A DNA stretch of 64,000 bases, taken from positions 3,509 through 67,508 of IMG/VR virus record IMGVR_UViG_3300025141_015097; one strand, given 5' to 3'. The stretch is from a virus. The position numbers were made by a program, and so were the translations under genes. The notes under the pieces are model-generated. The model worked only from the letters and a program-made list of their open reading frames with translations. It had not been told where the DNA came from and did no database searches. This document shows, piece after piece, positions 30,301 to 39,397 of the stretch; the first letter of the stretch is position 1; every line of letters begins with the position of its first letter.

Positions 30301-32545
30301 CGCCGTTGTCAACCTTAACGGCCTCCACCTGAAAGTCTCTGTCTGGGCTGCCAAACAATGAATCCTCATCGTCCGCGCTTGCCGTAGAACTGTGACAGCC
30401 AAACAAAGAAGCGCTTGTTAACAATTCTAAATCTGCCGAACCAGTGTAACTTGTGGTAAGAAGTTTTGGAAAAATGACTTCAGCTTCGACACTAAATGGT
30501 ATATAAAGGTCTGAAGATGCTGAAATAAAACCATAATCACTTGAAGAACTGGGGTATTGATATACCACAGCCGCTCTATCGTCGGATTTATTATTAAATC
30601 CAGTAAAATTCATAACTTTCTTTTTTGTAGTTACTGATTCGTATGTACCTGTTAATTCGTATTCGACATTATCGCCATATAAATTAAGCCTGAATAGATC
30701 ATCGTCTATTCCGAAACAACGAAAAAGATTACGAAAAGCCTTTTCAGTTCCTTTAGATTTATTAATATATGAAAGATTGTTATAAATGTTTTTATATATT
30801 AAGTTTTTAATATTGTGAAGCTTATCTTCATATAATTTTTGTTCATCCCGAGCCAAAATTTGCTCAAGCACTTTAGGTTGTAAAAATATTTCAGGCGGAT
30901 CGAACCCTGCAGATGTTAATAATTTCTTATTGTATGGCACCGGCTTTATACTTCCAGAAGCATAATATGGCTCTTTAAGTCGATTTATGTAACCAATTTG
31001 CCCATATAGCGTATCTAAATAACTGGCCATTATTTGCAATAAATCAGATAACGTCTCGCCGGTTTCATTATCTTCGTCCCTTATCCACTGAGGCACTGAA
31101 TTATAAAGACTGGCGTTGTTTGCTGCATCGTGCTGTGAGCCGCTATTTTCTAAATCTGTTATAAGTGTTTGTACGTCTGAGTGACTGCTATAAACAACCG
31201 GGCTTCCCTTTTCTTCGTTGGCTGCACCGGACTCAACTATGGCCGAGGTGTTGGAACGAGAAGCAGAAGAGTATCCCACCCATCTTCCGTTCGAAACGCG
31301 ACCGGAATAATCTAAAACAAGATCGTCGCCGCCGGCTGCAGTTGAACTAGTAGTAGAGCCCAAAATACCTTCGTTAAACTTATAATATACACCCAAATCA
31401 ACCAAGTTCTTGTCTATGCTACTGCTATAATAATATTTTGCAGAATCTGTGTTGGTTCCGCCAGCAACGTTAGTAAAATAATGTCGACCTATTTCTTGTG
31501 CAGTTCTCTCTGTCTTCCAAAAACGAAACTCATCAATTGAGCCACTTACTTTGTACCAGCCAATGCCATCGACGCCGGGTGAAGCGGGGCGATCTGCTGC
31601 ATAGGCGCCAAGAGTTGCAAAAGAAGACGTTGCAAAAGACGCCGAATAATTAGAGAGGCCTCTCCATGTCGTTAAATCGTCGTAAGTTTCAACAACATTT
31701 GTATCTACATGCTTACCATCAACATATAGAGAGGTGTTTATGTAATTATCGTTGACATTTTTCTTAACTGATATGGCATAATGGTGCCACTTGCCGTCAG
31801 CAATATTTGAAAGTCCAGTTTCTAAACCAATATCTATAATATTTGTAAGGCCAGTGCCTTTAATCCTATCTTTTACATATATTTTTGTTTGAGTAGTTGC
31901 AGTATTATACAAATATATTTCAAACTGCCTATGGTTAACGTCCTTTACCCACGCGACCGATCTTAAATCAAAAATTACTTCATATACGGTTTGTGTGCTT
32001 GTGTTTGGCCACTCGTCTTTTTTAAACCAAAACTCTACAGTGTTTCCCCGAACATACTCAAGCTTAAGATTGCTCTCTTGTGCTACTGCTGGCTTATAAA
32101 TGTTGCCAAGGTTGGGCCCACCATAAAATAAAACATACTCTTTATTAACAGGATCGCCAACAGCGCTGTCTTTGGAGCCCCAGCCATTTGGTGAAAAGTT
32201 TGCATATCCGGTCTTTTTCGGGTAATTGTTATCAAAAACATATTGCCCCAATGGAGTTAAATCATTATAAAATTTAAGTTGTTCGGCCAATGAACCATCA
32301 TACGGATATTGGTTATAAATTCTTTTTATTATATTTGAGTAATATTTACTAGCTGAACCGAACTTTGCAAAATTAGCAGGATCGCCATAATCTAAATCAG
32401 GTATATATTGACTTTTATCTCTAGAATGTTCCCTAACCAACTCAGGCGATTCGGCATCCGAAAACAAATCTGCATATGTCTTTTTTGTTAAGCCACGAGT
32501 ACCTGCCAATTGTTGCTTATGTTTTTCAAGATAATCTTTGCTCAT
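27386..32545 (-). CDS. Large virion protein with LamG/concanavalin-like domains and Cys-rich C-terminal region
   Basis: TVEFWFK...DGKWHHYAI...LYVDG...GSIDEFRFW; second LamG-like region (WNFAVRV...SLRVW); polyproline linker then ~50 Cys in ~500 aa. Confidence 0.8.
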   Translation of the reverse strand: MSKDYLEKHKQQLAGTRGLTKKTYADLFSDAESPELVREHSRDKSQYIPDLDYGDPANFAKFGSASKYYSNIIKRIYNQYPYDGSLAEQLKFYNDLTPLGQYVFDNNYPKKTGYANFSPNGWGSKDSAVGDPVNKEYVLFYGGPNLGNIYKPAVAQESNLKLEYVRGNTVEFWFKKDEWPNTSTQTVYEVIFDLRSVAWVKDVNHRQFEIYLYNTATTQTKIYVKDRIKGTGLTNIIDIGLETGLSNIADGKWHHYAISVKKNVNDNYINTSLYVDGKHVDTNVVETYDDLTTWRGLSNYSASFATSSFATLGAYAADRPASPGVDGIGWYKVSGSIDEFRFWKTERTAQEIGRHYFTNVAGGTNTDSAKYYYSSSIDKNLVDLGVYYKFNEGILGSTTSSTAAGGDDLVLDYSGRVSNGRWVGYSSASRSNTSAIVESGAANEEKGSPVVYSSHSDVQTLITDLENSGSQHDAANNASLYNSVPQWIRDEDNETGETLSDLLQIMASYLDTLYGQIGYINRLKEPYYASGSIKPVPYNKKLLTSAGFDPPEIFLQPKVLEQILARDEQKLYEDKLHNIKNLIYKNIYNNLSYINKSKGTEKAFRNLFRCFGIDDDLFRLNLYGDNVEYELTGTYESVTTKKKVMNFTGFNNKSDDRAAVVYQYPSSSSDYGFISASSDLYIPFSVEAEVIFPKLLTTSYTGSADLELLTSASLFGCHSSTASADDEDSLFGSPDRDFQVEAVKVDNGERVYFRLKSSTEFFEEIKTTTYPQDGASSAKVYDNSKWNFAVRVRPDNYPISSNVITSSGFSLEFYGINNYLGEVLDEFSLSTSITTEKAGDFITGSNKRFFVGAHRDGFTGSILQKSDVRLSSLRVWHDYISDEEMRHHARDPNNFGRLNPGRTVTTASAEAGLSSSIHIPQAEALALNWDFETTPTADSSGEFLIRDVASGSYPAYRTKEFSGLTTTYSALVSHSYGAFAAHTKTNHTAKGYGFTANKSPTNFEFIPTTRQLQPENLYSSDLVNILSTDDLFFTRESRPVKHFFSIEASMYEIISRRMLNFFASIIDFNNQIGEPVNRFRGKYKGLEKLRHMFFDKIEEVSDIEKFVELYKWLDNALDTAVSNLIPASANASKEVRTIVENHILSRNKYQHRPPLFVDVPNFGSPGNTGPDEPIWVDVSEDYPDEIEDVDPETAKLVTKYKAPPKPKPPPPPPVLGCKSLSEAICKKAPELHGKDGKTADNYLTTLTGKKVTKHQDGSCVWKGCGDKLAINFDNCTSPDYADNSKCKYTYGCIDKCAKNYSPKYKGYGEECKGGKCCKYVKGCHDASATNHWFKNKTVKDKLDKLAAGPDKCAATKDNSLCEYEGKTGCCDDKAFNSCKEDKTWNKFKQLPAGECSACDKSKCSYYACKKKLNQSEKDLGLEILNPADPKLKTEACVKAGKTEHYCCQIAGCKAGKSMSKDDKDCINCTSIATHHNPYKCKYKCCYDDTAGNYKEYVYGNFPWVVDLCDPSTQYNKEVCRYNYVCKSDFHRHKQDGYTIKIPSSNYGKLTQGPNAGQNPPADEPALADNDGCTFPACTVAAAESFGKGAAAYALNLIISNDSRVVDAPEKCRFKCCLNTADSANYGFAAMGQYYFGWQCIKHTDKSCETCRSRDDTVKTICNDSIKKAGDCDPVTGSPLLCENCHKCSNVADEPMDKCTNINDPPCCDPKIDCGGGGGR

Positions 32546-35170
32546 TTATTCCACCCGAAACTTGAACAACTCCTTTTGCTCAACATATTCATTATTTGTT
32601 TTATAAATAAATTTAATCCCATACATATAATCCTCTTGTAACATGGATATGTTTAAATCAAAATAATTGCCTTGAGAATCGTATGATAATAAAGTTTCTA
32701 GTGTGCTCCCTGTGCCATACCCAATTACTTCGTGGTTATCTGCAATTCTTATTATTTTATAATGAGCGTTTTCGATAATTGTATTATTAGCAGCTACTGA
32801 TGCCTTCGTATAAATAGTTGGGTTCCAATCTTTATCGCGAACATAAAGCCTGAATCTTGCTTCTTCGTTGGGAGAGTAAGATGATTTTAAATTTGTAATC
32901 TTTGTTACATATAAAGGTCTCGGATTATAATTCGACGCCGAATGTGTTTTAACAGCGACTGCTGAACCAGTATGATAATTAACTAACGTCGGAGCAGAAT
33001 GTGAATGCCAAACCGGATAAATTGTAGTAGCAGAGCCCGTATAAATAAATGATGCCGTATATACACCAGCTTGATGCAGGTAATGTAAGCCTCCAGTAAC
33101 AGACGTATCCCCTGTGGCCGTAACCGTACTTCCGCTTAAACTTGACTCTGGAAATGGAATACTGCCATAGCCCAGACTTGACGTATGTATTCCCAACAAA
33201 ATCACACTGCCCGATAGTGATTCGATGTTTGCAAGCTGTCCTTTGTAATAATTATAAAGATAAAAAGTATTGATATTATCGCTTGCCGGCGCTAGAGAAC
33301 TGCTGGCATAAAAATTAGCTGCGTCATCTTTTAACGCAGAGTCCCACCTAGCCTCAAGGATTGGTCGCTTAAAGAAGAATTCGCTTCCTCTGCCAAAAAA
33401 CTTTTTGGTGTAATAGCTGCGAGTTGCAGTTTCATGAGAGCCTGTTAAATATAAGCCAACGCCGTAATTGGCGCGGCCGGTCGAGGTGTTGTTATAGTTT
33501 TTAATCCACTCCTCAACCAAATATGTAATATCAACCTCTAAATCTTCTGTGCCCTCTGAGAAGTACTGAGTGTAATTCATAAACGAGCTTGTCTGATAAG
33601 TGCCGCCTGCGTCGGCCCAATACAGATCTGTGGTTGTACAAGTGCCGGGAGTAGTTGTGGAAAACGAGGCGCCACTAAAGTTAGTTTTAGAAAATCCTGT
33701 GGCGCCGCCTTCAGTAATAGTAATTGTAGTATTGCCGTCATCACCGTGAATAGATTGAGTTATTGTTACTACATTACTAGCAGCCGACGCCGCCAATTTA
33801 GAATTTGCGTCCAAACACGTGGCTAAATTTGCAGCCGTCGATGCAGTACTTCCATTCACTATTGCAAAAGTTGGAGAATTAGTATCAGTAGTTGTTGTTG
33901 CGCCGCCGTGGGCAGTGACTGTTGCTGTTATAACAGTAGTATCGGTTGCAATAATTTCAACAGTGTCTCCCACCTCGATCCAACCCTCATTAGCAATTGT
34001 TACTGTTGCTGTAGAACGTGCCACCAAACTCGTGCCATCGCCACTATGGCTATTATCAGAGTGATCCTGAATTGTCGTAGCGGTATCTGCGGTTGCAACG
34101 TCTGCTGTTTCAAACCTCCACCAAGCAACTAAATCTGTTGCGTCCGACTTATAAACCGTGTGAAACCTCAAGTCCTCTGGACAACCGCTGTTATAAAGTT
34201 CTGTTACTTCTGCCGCCGTTAACTCTTTGTCCCAAACAGAGATTTCATCTAATTTGCCACCCCACGGTGTCCCGAGCGTCGTGGCGGCGCCAATAATTAC
34301 ATCTGCGCCCGTGCTTTCCATAGCAACATAGTCAGCATCTTCCGTAGCAGTCATAGTTTTCGATGTGCCGTCAACATAAATTTTCACACCGCTAGCGGCT
34401 GTGGCGCCGCCGGTGCCGTCGTAAGTCATAGTAACGTGATACCACGTCGCCGCGGCAATTGATGCAACCGTAGTCCTTGCCGTGGCTGTTTTGTCGCCGC
34501 TTTCATCATACAAAAGAAGAATGACATCGCCAGTGGTATCGACATATAAATTCCACTCGCGCAGCGTACCAGAGGTGTTCCACTTTGTCAAAATTGACGC
34601 GTCGGTATCGAGATTGTCTAAGTATACCCAAGCGCTGATTGAAAAAGCACTATCATTGCTGCTATCGCCAAACCTAAAATCAGCATGATCTGTAACTGTA
34701 ACATAATCGGCGGCGCCGTCGAGCAAAAGCGAACCCTGACTTACCGACCCAGTTGTTCTAGCATTCCACGTTGCGCCATAGCCGCTGTTTCCTAAGCCGG
34801 GATCAGTGTAGCCGTTCATATCAAGGCCAAAGCCCTCGTCCCACGACTGTGATACGGCCGCGGCGACCATTGTATACCCCCGGGGCAGGGTTTCAGAGTG
34901 TTCAGCATTAAATGTCCTTAGTACCCAGTTGACGCTACCAGAAGCCGGAATTTTGCCGTTTGTTCTATCTGTATTAATGCTCCCAATGGGAAATTCCAAC
35001 AAAGCTCTAGAAATCTCGCTAGAAGTTTTTGAGGCTTGGGCATATATACTAAAAACTTCCAATATGTCCGAAGCGCCCATATTAGAATCTGAGCCACGCT
35101 TTGACAGACCGGCTTTGTAGGCATTTGTTATAGTTGTATCTTTGTTTGCAATATATCTTTTAATGCCCAT
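32546..35170 (-). CDS. Virion protein with central LamG domain
   Basis: FSISAWVY...WYHVTMTYDG...IYVDG...GKLDEISVWDKELTAAEVTELYN. Confidence 0.8.
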   Translation of the reverse strand: MGIKRYIANKDTTITNAYKAGLSKRGSDSNMGASDILEVFSIYAQASKTSSEISRALLEFPIGSINTDRTNGKIPASGSVNWVLRTFNAEHSETLPRGYTMVAAAVSQSWDEGFGLDMNGYTDPGLGNSGYGATWNARTTGSVSQGSLLLDGAADYVTVTDHADFRFGDSSNDSAFSISAWVYLDNLDTDASILTKWNTSGTLREWNLYVDTTGDVILLLYDESGDKTATARTTVASIAAATWYHVTMTYDGTGGATAASGVKIYVDGTSKTMTATEDADYVAMESTGADVIIGAATTLGTPWGGKLDEISVWDKELTAAEVTELYNSGCPEDLRFHTVYKSDATDLVAWWRFETADVATADTATTIQDHSDNSHSGDGTSLVARSTATVTIANEGWIEVGDTVEIIATDTTVITATVTAHGGATTTTDTNSPTFAIVNGSTASTAANLATCLDANSKLAASAASNVVTITQSIHGDDGNTTITITEGGATGFSKTNFSGASFSTTTPGTCTTTDLYWADAGGTYQTSSFMNYTQYFSEGTEDLEVDITYLVEEWIKNYNNTSTGRANYGVGLYLTGSHETATRSYYTKKFFGRGSEFFFKRPILEARWDSALKDDAANFYASSSLAPASDNINTFYLYNYYKGQLANIESLSGSVILLGIHTSSLGYGSIPFPESSLSGSTVTATGDTSVTGGLHYLHQAGVYTASFIYTGSATTIYPVWHSHSAPTLVNYHTGSAVAVKTHSASNYNPRPLYVTKITNLKSSYSPNEEARFRLYVRDKDWNPTIYTKASVAANNTIIENAHYKIIRIADNHEVIGYGTGSTLETLLSYDSQGNYFDLNISMLQEDYMYGIKFIYKTNNEYVEQKELFKFRVE

Positions 35171-36963
35171 TACACTATCACCCCAACAATATCCTGATCT
35201 GGATATCTTAATTCAAGAATCATATCTTCGGGCACCATAACAAATCTTTCATCGCCCGTTATGTTTTGTTCAATGTCGTAATTTACAGAACTATAATCTG
35301 TGCCTGTCTTTTTAACAATTTTTACAGTCTTAACATCAATAACTTCTGGCAGATCATTTAAAATTCTATACACATCCGAAATATAAAATGGAACACCGAA
35401 GAAAGATTTTCCTTTATACTCTTCTTTAAGTGCGTCAATTGATACAGACAAAATTTCTGAAGGTGATTTGTCAAGTACGCCCACCAACTCAAATTCAATG
35501 CCAAAATTAACAATTCTGCCATCTAAAATATCAACCGTATCATTTATCATTCGATATTGATTAAGCCAAGTCTTAAGGTTTTTCTTTAAAGAAGAAGACG
35601 CCAAAGATAAATTACCGGCTGAGTCTTCTGAGGCGATGTATAAATTTAAATTTCTTTTAAAGGAGTCTTTATCTTGTAAAATGTTCGCCCTCTTAATTGC
35701 GCCATACTTGGCCGGCATTCTATACATCATACTTATATAATCTTGTCTTGTAACTGCTCGGTTCTGAGAAGCGTATGCATCAATTGCGCGGATTCGTATT
35801 TCTTCTGGGGTAAGGGCGGCAACTTGACCTACTGCCGGATCATCATTATAAACAGTCAATGAATCTCTAATTGTGCCCTCATTTGCTGAACTAATGTTGC
35901 TAATATCATAAGAAAGAACTGGGGAGCCAATTCCATCAATACCTCCAATTGGCAAATTTACATCTGTCGCTGTTTGTCGGCGAAAAGTAACTGTAAGCGT
36001 TCCCTCTGGTGGTACAATTCCAAACTTTTCAGTAGACATCATAATATTGGGATCAAATGACGCATCCTTATAATAATTTTTTGCATATTGTTTGAGTGCG
36101 GCCGATGCTGGATCTGGAAATTTTTCTTCCCTTAGTGTTGTTTCCGAACCAAAACCAAACTGTAAAATTGTTTCTCCAGCAATGGTGTGTTCTGTAACAA
36201 AGCGACGAGGAGCATTCATTTCTCTTAAAATATATGGTGCATTTTCTTTGTCGCTGCTTTTTCTATTTCTTATGGTTTTAAAAACAACATCTTGAGATAA
36301 ATAATCAACTTCATAATATTCATGTCCATCCGAATCGATCACTGAAATGATTTCTGATATTTTATCAGCCTCCAACATCACTTTCATAAACTTTTTGTAT
36401 GGTCCAATTTCTATAAATTCAGTCTCTAATTCTCCAGAAAACACTTCTCCGTATGCCTTAAAAACATAACTCACTGGCTGGCCGTTGTCGTCTACTTCTG
36501 CGCACTTTATTTGTACATTTTCTTTTGAAAAATCAATATCTTCACTTAAAACAAATGAAGCACCATTTCGCGCAGTTAAAGTTGAGCCTGCGTGCAATAT
36601 AGGAATTAAATCGTCATTGGGAGACGCCGCACCAGTCGAGGCCGGAACAGTTACGTAAAAAGTACATATACAAGTCGACGAGGAAGCGCCGGGATATTTA
36701 AACCCCATTTGTTTTGCCAATCTTAAAATATTTTGTGTTTCAATCGCCGAGTCCAAAAATGATTCATTTGCTTGATAATCGGTATAAAACGAAAGTACGT
36801 CTCCAACATACGCGACCATATCAAAAAGCAAAGAGCCAAATGAAGCTTCGTTAAAGTCTTTATATGTTTCTGGATAATAAATTTTTGCATAGTTTACCAA
36901 ATCATCTTTGATGCTAGCAAAATCGCGGCTAGTATATTTAATTGGTGGTGTTTTTTTTGTCAT
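35170..36963 (-). CDS. Baseplate wedge protein, T4 gp6-like
   Basis: YTSRDFASIKDDL...DMVAYVGDVLSFY..ESFLDSA and SQNRAVTRQDY. Confidence 0.9.
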   Translation of the reverse strand: MTKKTPPIKYTSRDFASIKDDLVNYAKIYYPETYKDFNEASFGSLLFDMVAYVGDVLSFYTDYQANESFLDSAIETQNILRLAKQMGFKYPGASSSTCICTFYVTVPASTGAASPNDDLIPILHAGSTLTARNGASFVLSEDIDFSKENVQIKCAEVDDNGQPVSYVFKAYGEVFSGELETEFIEIGPYKKFMKVMLEADKISEIISVIDSDGHEYYEVDYLSQDVVFKTIRNRKSSDKENAPYILREMNAPRRFVTEHTIAGETILQFGFGSETTLREEKFPDPASAALKQYAKNYYKDASFDPNIMMSTEKFGIVPPEGTLTVTFRRQTATDVNLPIGGIDGIGSPVLSYDISNISSANEGTIRDSLTVYNDDPAVGQVAALTPEEIRIRAIDAYASQNRAVTRQDYISMMYRMPAKYGAIKRANILQDKDSFKRNLNLYIASEDSAGNLSLASSSLKKNLKTWLNQYRMINDTVDILDGRIVNFGIEFELVGVLDKSPSEILSVSIDALKEEYKGKSFFGVPFYISDVYRILNDLPEVIDVKTVKIVKKTGTDYSSVNYDIEQNITGDERFVMVPEDMILELRYPDQDIVGVIV

Positions 36964-36973
36964 TATCCAATTC

Positions 36974-37348
36974 CTACTTATTAATTAGTTCTAGTGATAA
37001 ATCATCCGAAGCAGACAATGGCCCTATATAATATTTAATTTCCAATTTTAAAGTATTTTCAGCAAAACTAATACCAATATTTACCAAATCTATAAATGGT
37101 AAATATTTTCTTGTTTGTTTTGCAATTCTTTCACGTAAAATTGAATATATTTCTTCGGTTGCATTCTCAAAAAGAAGTCGATACACTCCCACTCCAAAAT
37201 CTGGATTCATTATCCTTTCGCCCGGATTGGTTAAAATTAAATTTTTAAAATTTTGTTTAACCGTTTCTTTAAGCGTTTTGGTCAATTGATATGGCCCATC
37301 TTCTTTATTATATTGAAGTGGCAATTTAACAGAAATTCCAGTTGTCAT
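36974..37348 (-). CDS. Baseplate protein gp25-like (GPW/gp25)
   Basis: VKQNFKNLILTNPGERIMNPDFGVG. Confidence 0.9.
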   Translation of the reverse strand: MTTGISVKLPLQYNKEDGPYQLTKTLKETVKQNFKNLILTNPGERIMNPDFGVGVYRLLFENATEEIYSILRERIAKQTRKYLPFIDLVNIGISFAENTLKLEIKYYIGPLSASDDLSLELINK

Positions 37349-37371
37349 CTTTTATCTTCTCGCTCTATTCA

Positions 37372-37381
37372 ATAATTAGTA
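37372..37381 (-). promoter_or_regulatory. Candidate late promoter TACTAATTAT
   Basis: Intergenic, ~23 nt upstream of the gp25 ATG; identical to 15362-15371. Confidence 0.55.
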
Positions 37382-37398
37382 AATAAAGTTTATTTCGG

Positions 37399-39396
37399 TC
37401 AACTAAGAAAATCAGTCTCACATTTTTCTGGCGGAACAGATGGAATTAAAGCTTCGCCCGGGGCTGGAGGCGTTACCCAGCCGGCTCCGCGCACAACATT
37501 TGCCAAAGCAGCATCGATTTCATTTTCCGGATTTAATGCATTGGTCTTGAGATCTGCTCCGGGTAGATTTTGTCGAAAGAAAGTTTCGTTGTTGCTCTCG
37601 CCGCCATCAGCGGGTATTACATGGCCATGATCTTTTTTAAACCCCTCATTTTTTTCTCTTGCCGGCAGCGTCCAGGCCATGTCGTCGCCGGCGCCAACTT
37701 TGATGGTATAATGAACTTCAGTTTCCAAAAATTTAATAAAAGTGCCCGGCATTGTTGTTAAATATCTAGAAAAAAGATGGGACACGGTGTTAAAAGCCAG
37801 TTGATGAGCACTAGGGGGCACACTTTTAATTGTATCCCACGAGATACCTAGATGAGACCTGTGTACCGGCTCCCATAAATTATATGGCTTTTGATGATGG
37901 CCAAAATCAGTATGATTCCAGTTGCCGTTACCGGGGCCGAAGCGATAGTCATGATATTTGTTGTTGTTTTTGCTTGTTAGTGTTGTTGGCCACGACGTGT
38001 CAAGAACCTTTCTTCCGTATAATTCAAATGAACTAAGGGGATCTACATTTCCAGCCGCATTGGCCTCTGCTTTCTCTTTTTCAGTTAAGGCGCCGGCGGG
38101 CCGACCATCTTTAGGCCATAAAGTGGCCACTTTTGTATGATGGCCGACTCCATACAGTATCGACCATGGTCCGACGCCTCGGGTGATGGCTAGCCAAAGA
38201 TCTTCTGGAGTTTCCATAATATTCTCTGCCATTTTATCATTCGAATCAGACCATGGCACGATATATCCTTTACTGCCGGCTGGTTTAATTCCGTGGAATG
38301 GAATATCGTTTTTATCTAAAGCTAATGCAAAATCGCCAATTTTAAATGGATTCGGCCATGGAAACTGGCCCGCGATGCGCGAAAAGCTATCGCCGACGTT
38401 GCCGGACTTGCAGGGCTGGTACCAGCCGCCATCGACGAATTCGGCGTCGTCACAGGAGCCAATGTGCATACATTTCTTGCCATCATACCGCCAGCCGCGA
38501 TGCTCGCAGGGGAAGCCGATCTTTTCTCCTGCGGTGACGTACTGCGGCGCGTGGTGACCAGTTGCGAGTACAAGATCTGGAAATGCGTGTGTAAAAAAAT
38601 TATTTGAATACCACGCGTCACTCTTAGGAGTGTTGACATCTTTCTTGAATTCAGCCTTGTCCTTATACAGCGTTGGAATAAATCGTATAAAACTCATTGG
38701 CATATAATTTTGATATTTGTTGGGGCCCGTCGTCTTCAAAAATCGATCTGTGCTTTTCAAAACATCCTTCCAAGTGTGGTCATATTTGGCGGCCTCAAAA
38801 TATAATTGATTTTTCTCTACAGTACCCACATCGATCACATAAGAGTCCATTATATCTTGGTACCCGCCATAAACCTCTTCTTTGGTTTTTAACTTTTCCC
38901 ACAAATCTTTTATTGGTTTTTCGGCACTTTCCCAAAGTTTATCCCATATTTTTTTAAGATATTCTTCTCCCAATGTTGCTAAAGTAATAGGATTACCAGA
39001 CGAATCTTTGGCGCCGGATTCAATCTTTTTAACAGATTCTTCAAAACTATAATCTTTCTTCTCAAAATAAAGACTTCCTACGGCGACTGCCGACATAAGG
39101 TAATAATACCATGGCGTTATGCCTCCAAAATTGTTACTCCATGTGTCATCTTTTTCTTCTTCTTCGCAGCCAAATGCTGTACCATTAGAACAAAGTTTCG
39201 ACTTGTCTTGTTTTAGTTCTCTTATAAATTCTTTAAATAAAACATCTCTTAAGCCACTTGTGCCTCCTTTTTGCCACACAGCAATAGGCAATAACAATTG
39301 TGGCAAGAACAAAAGCTCTCTGTATAAAAAGACGCGCATGCGCTCAGTAATGAGAATGTGCATCATTGTTTTTACGTATCCTGATTTAACTTTCAT
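37399..39396 (-). CDS. Hypothetical virion-module protein (~665 aa)
   Basis: Likely start MKVKSGY at 39396, one base after the upstream TAA; the ORF-track extension to 39912 overlaps the upstream gene. Confidence 0.7.
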   Translation of the reverse strand: MKVKSGYVKTMMHILITERMRVFLYRELLFLPQLLLPIAVWQKGGTSGLRDVLFKEFIRELKQDKSKLCSNGTAFGCEEEEKDDTWSNNFGGITPWYYYLMSAVAVGSLYFEKKDYSFEESVKKIESGAKDSSGNPITLATLGEEYLKKIWDKLWESAEKPIKDLWEKLKTKEEVYGGYQDIMDSYVIDVGTVEKNQLYFEAAKYDHTWKDVLKSTDRFLKTTGPNKYQNYMPMSFIRFIPTLYKDKAEFKKDVNTPKSDAWYSNNFFTHAFPDLVLATGHHAPQYVTAGEKIGFPCEHRGWRYDGKKCMHIGSCDDAEFVDGGWYQPCKSGNVGDSFSRIAGQFPWPNPFKIGDFALALDKNDIPFHGIKPAGSKGYIVPWSDSNDKMAENIMETPEDLWLAITRGVGPWSILYGVGHHTKVATLWPKDGRPAGALTEKEKAEANAAGNVDPLSSFELYGRKVLDTSWPTTLTSKNNNKYHDYRFGPGNGNWNHTDFGHHQKPYNLWEPVHRSHLGISWDTIKSVPPSAHQLAFNTVSHLFSRYLTTMPGTFIKFLETEVHYTIKVGAGDDMAWTLPAREKNEGFKKDHGHVIPADGGESNNETFFRQNLPGADLKTNALNPENEIDAALANVVRGAGWVTPPAPGEALIPSVPPEKCETDFLS

Positions 39397-39397
39397 T

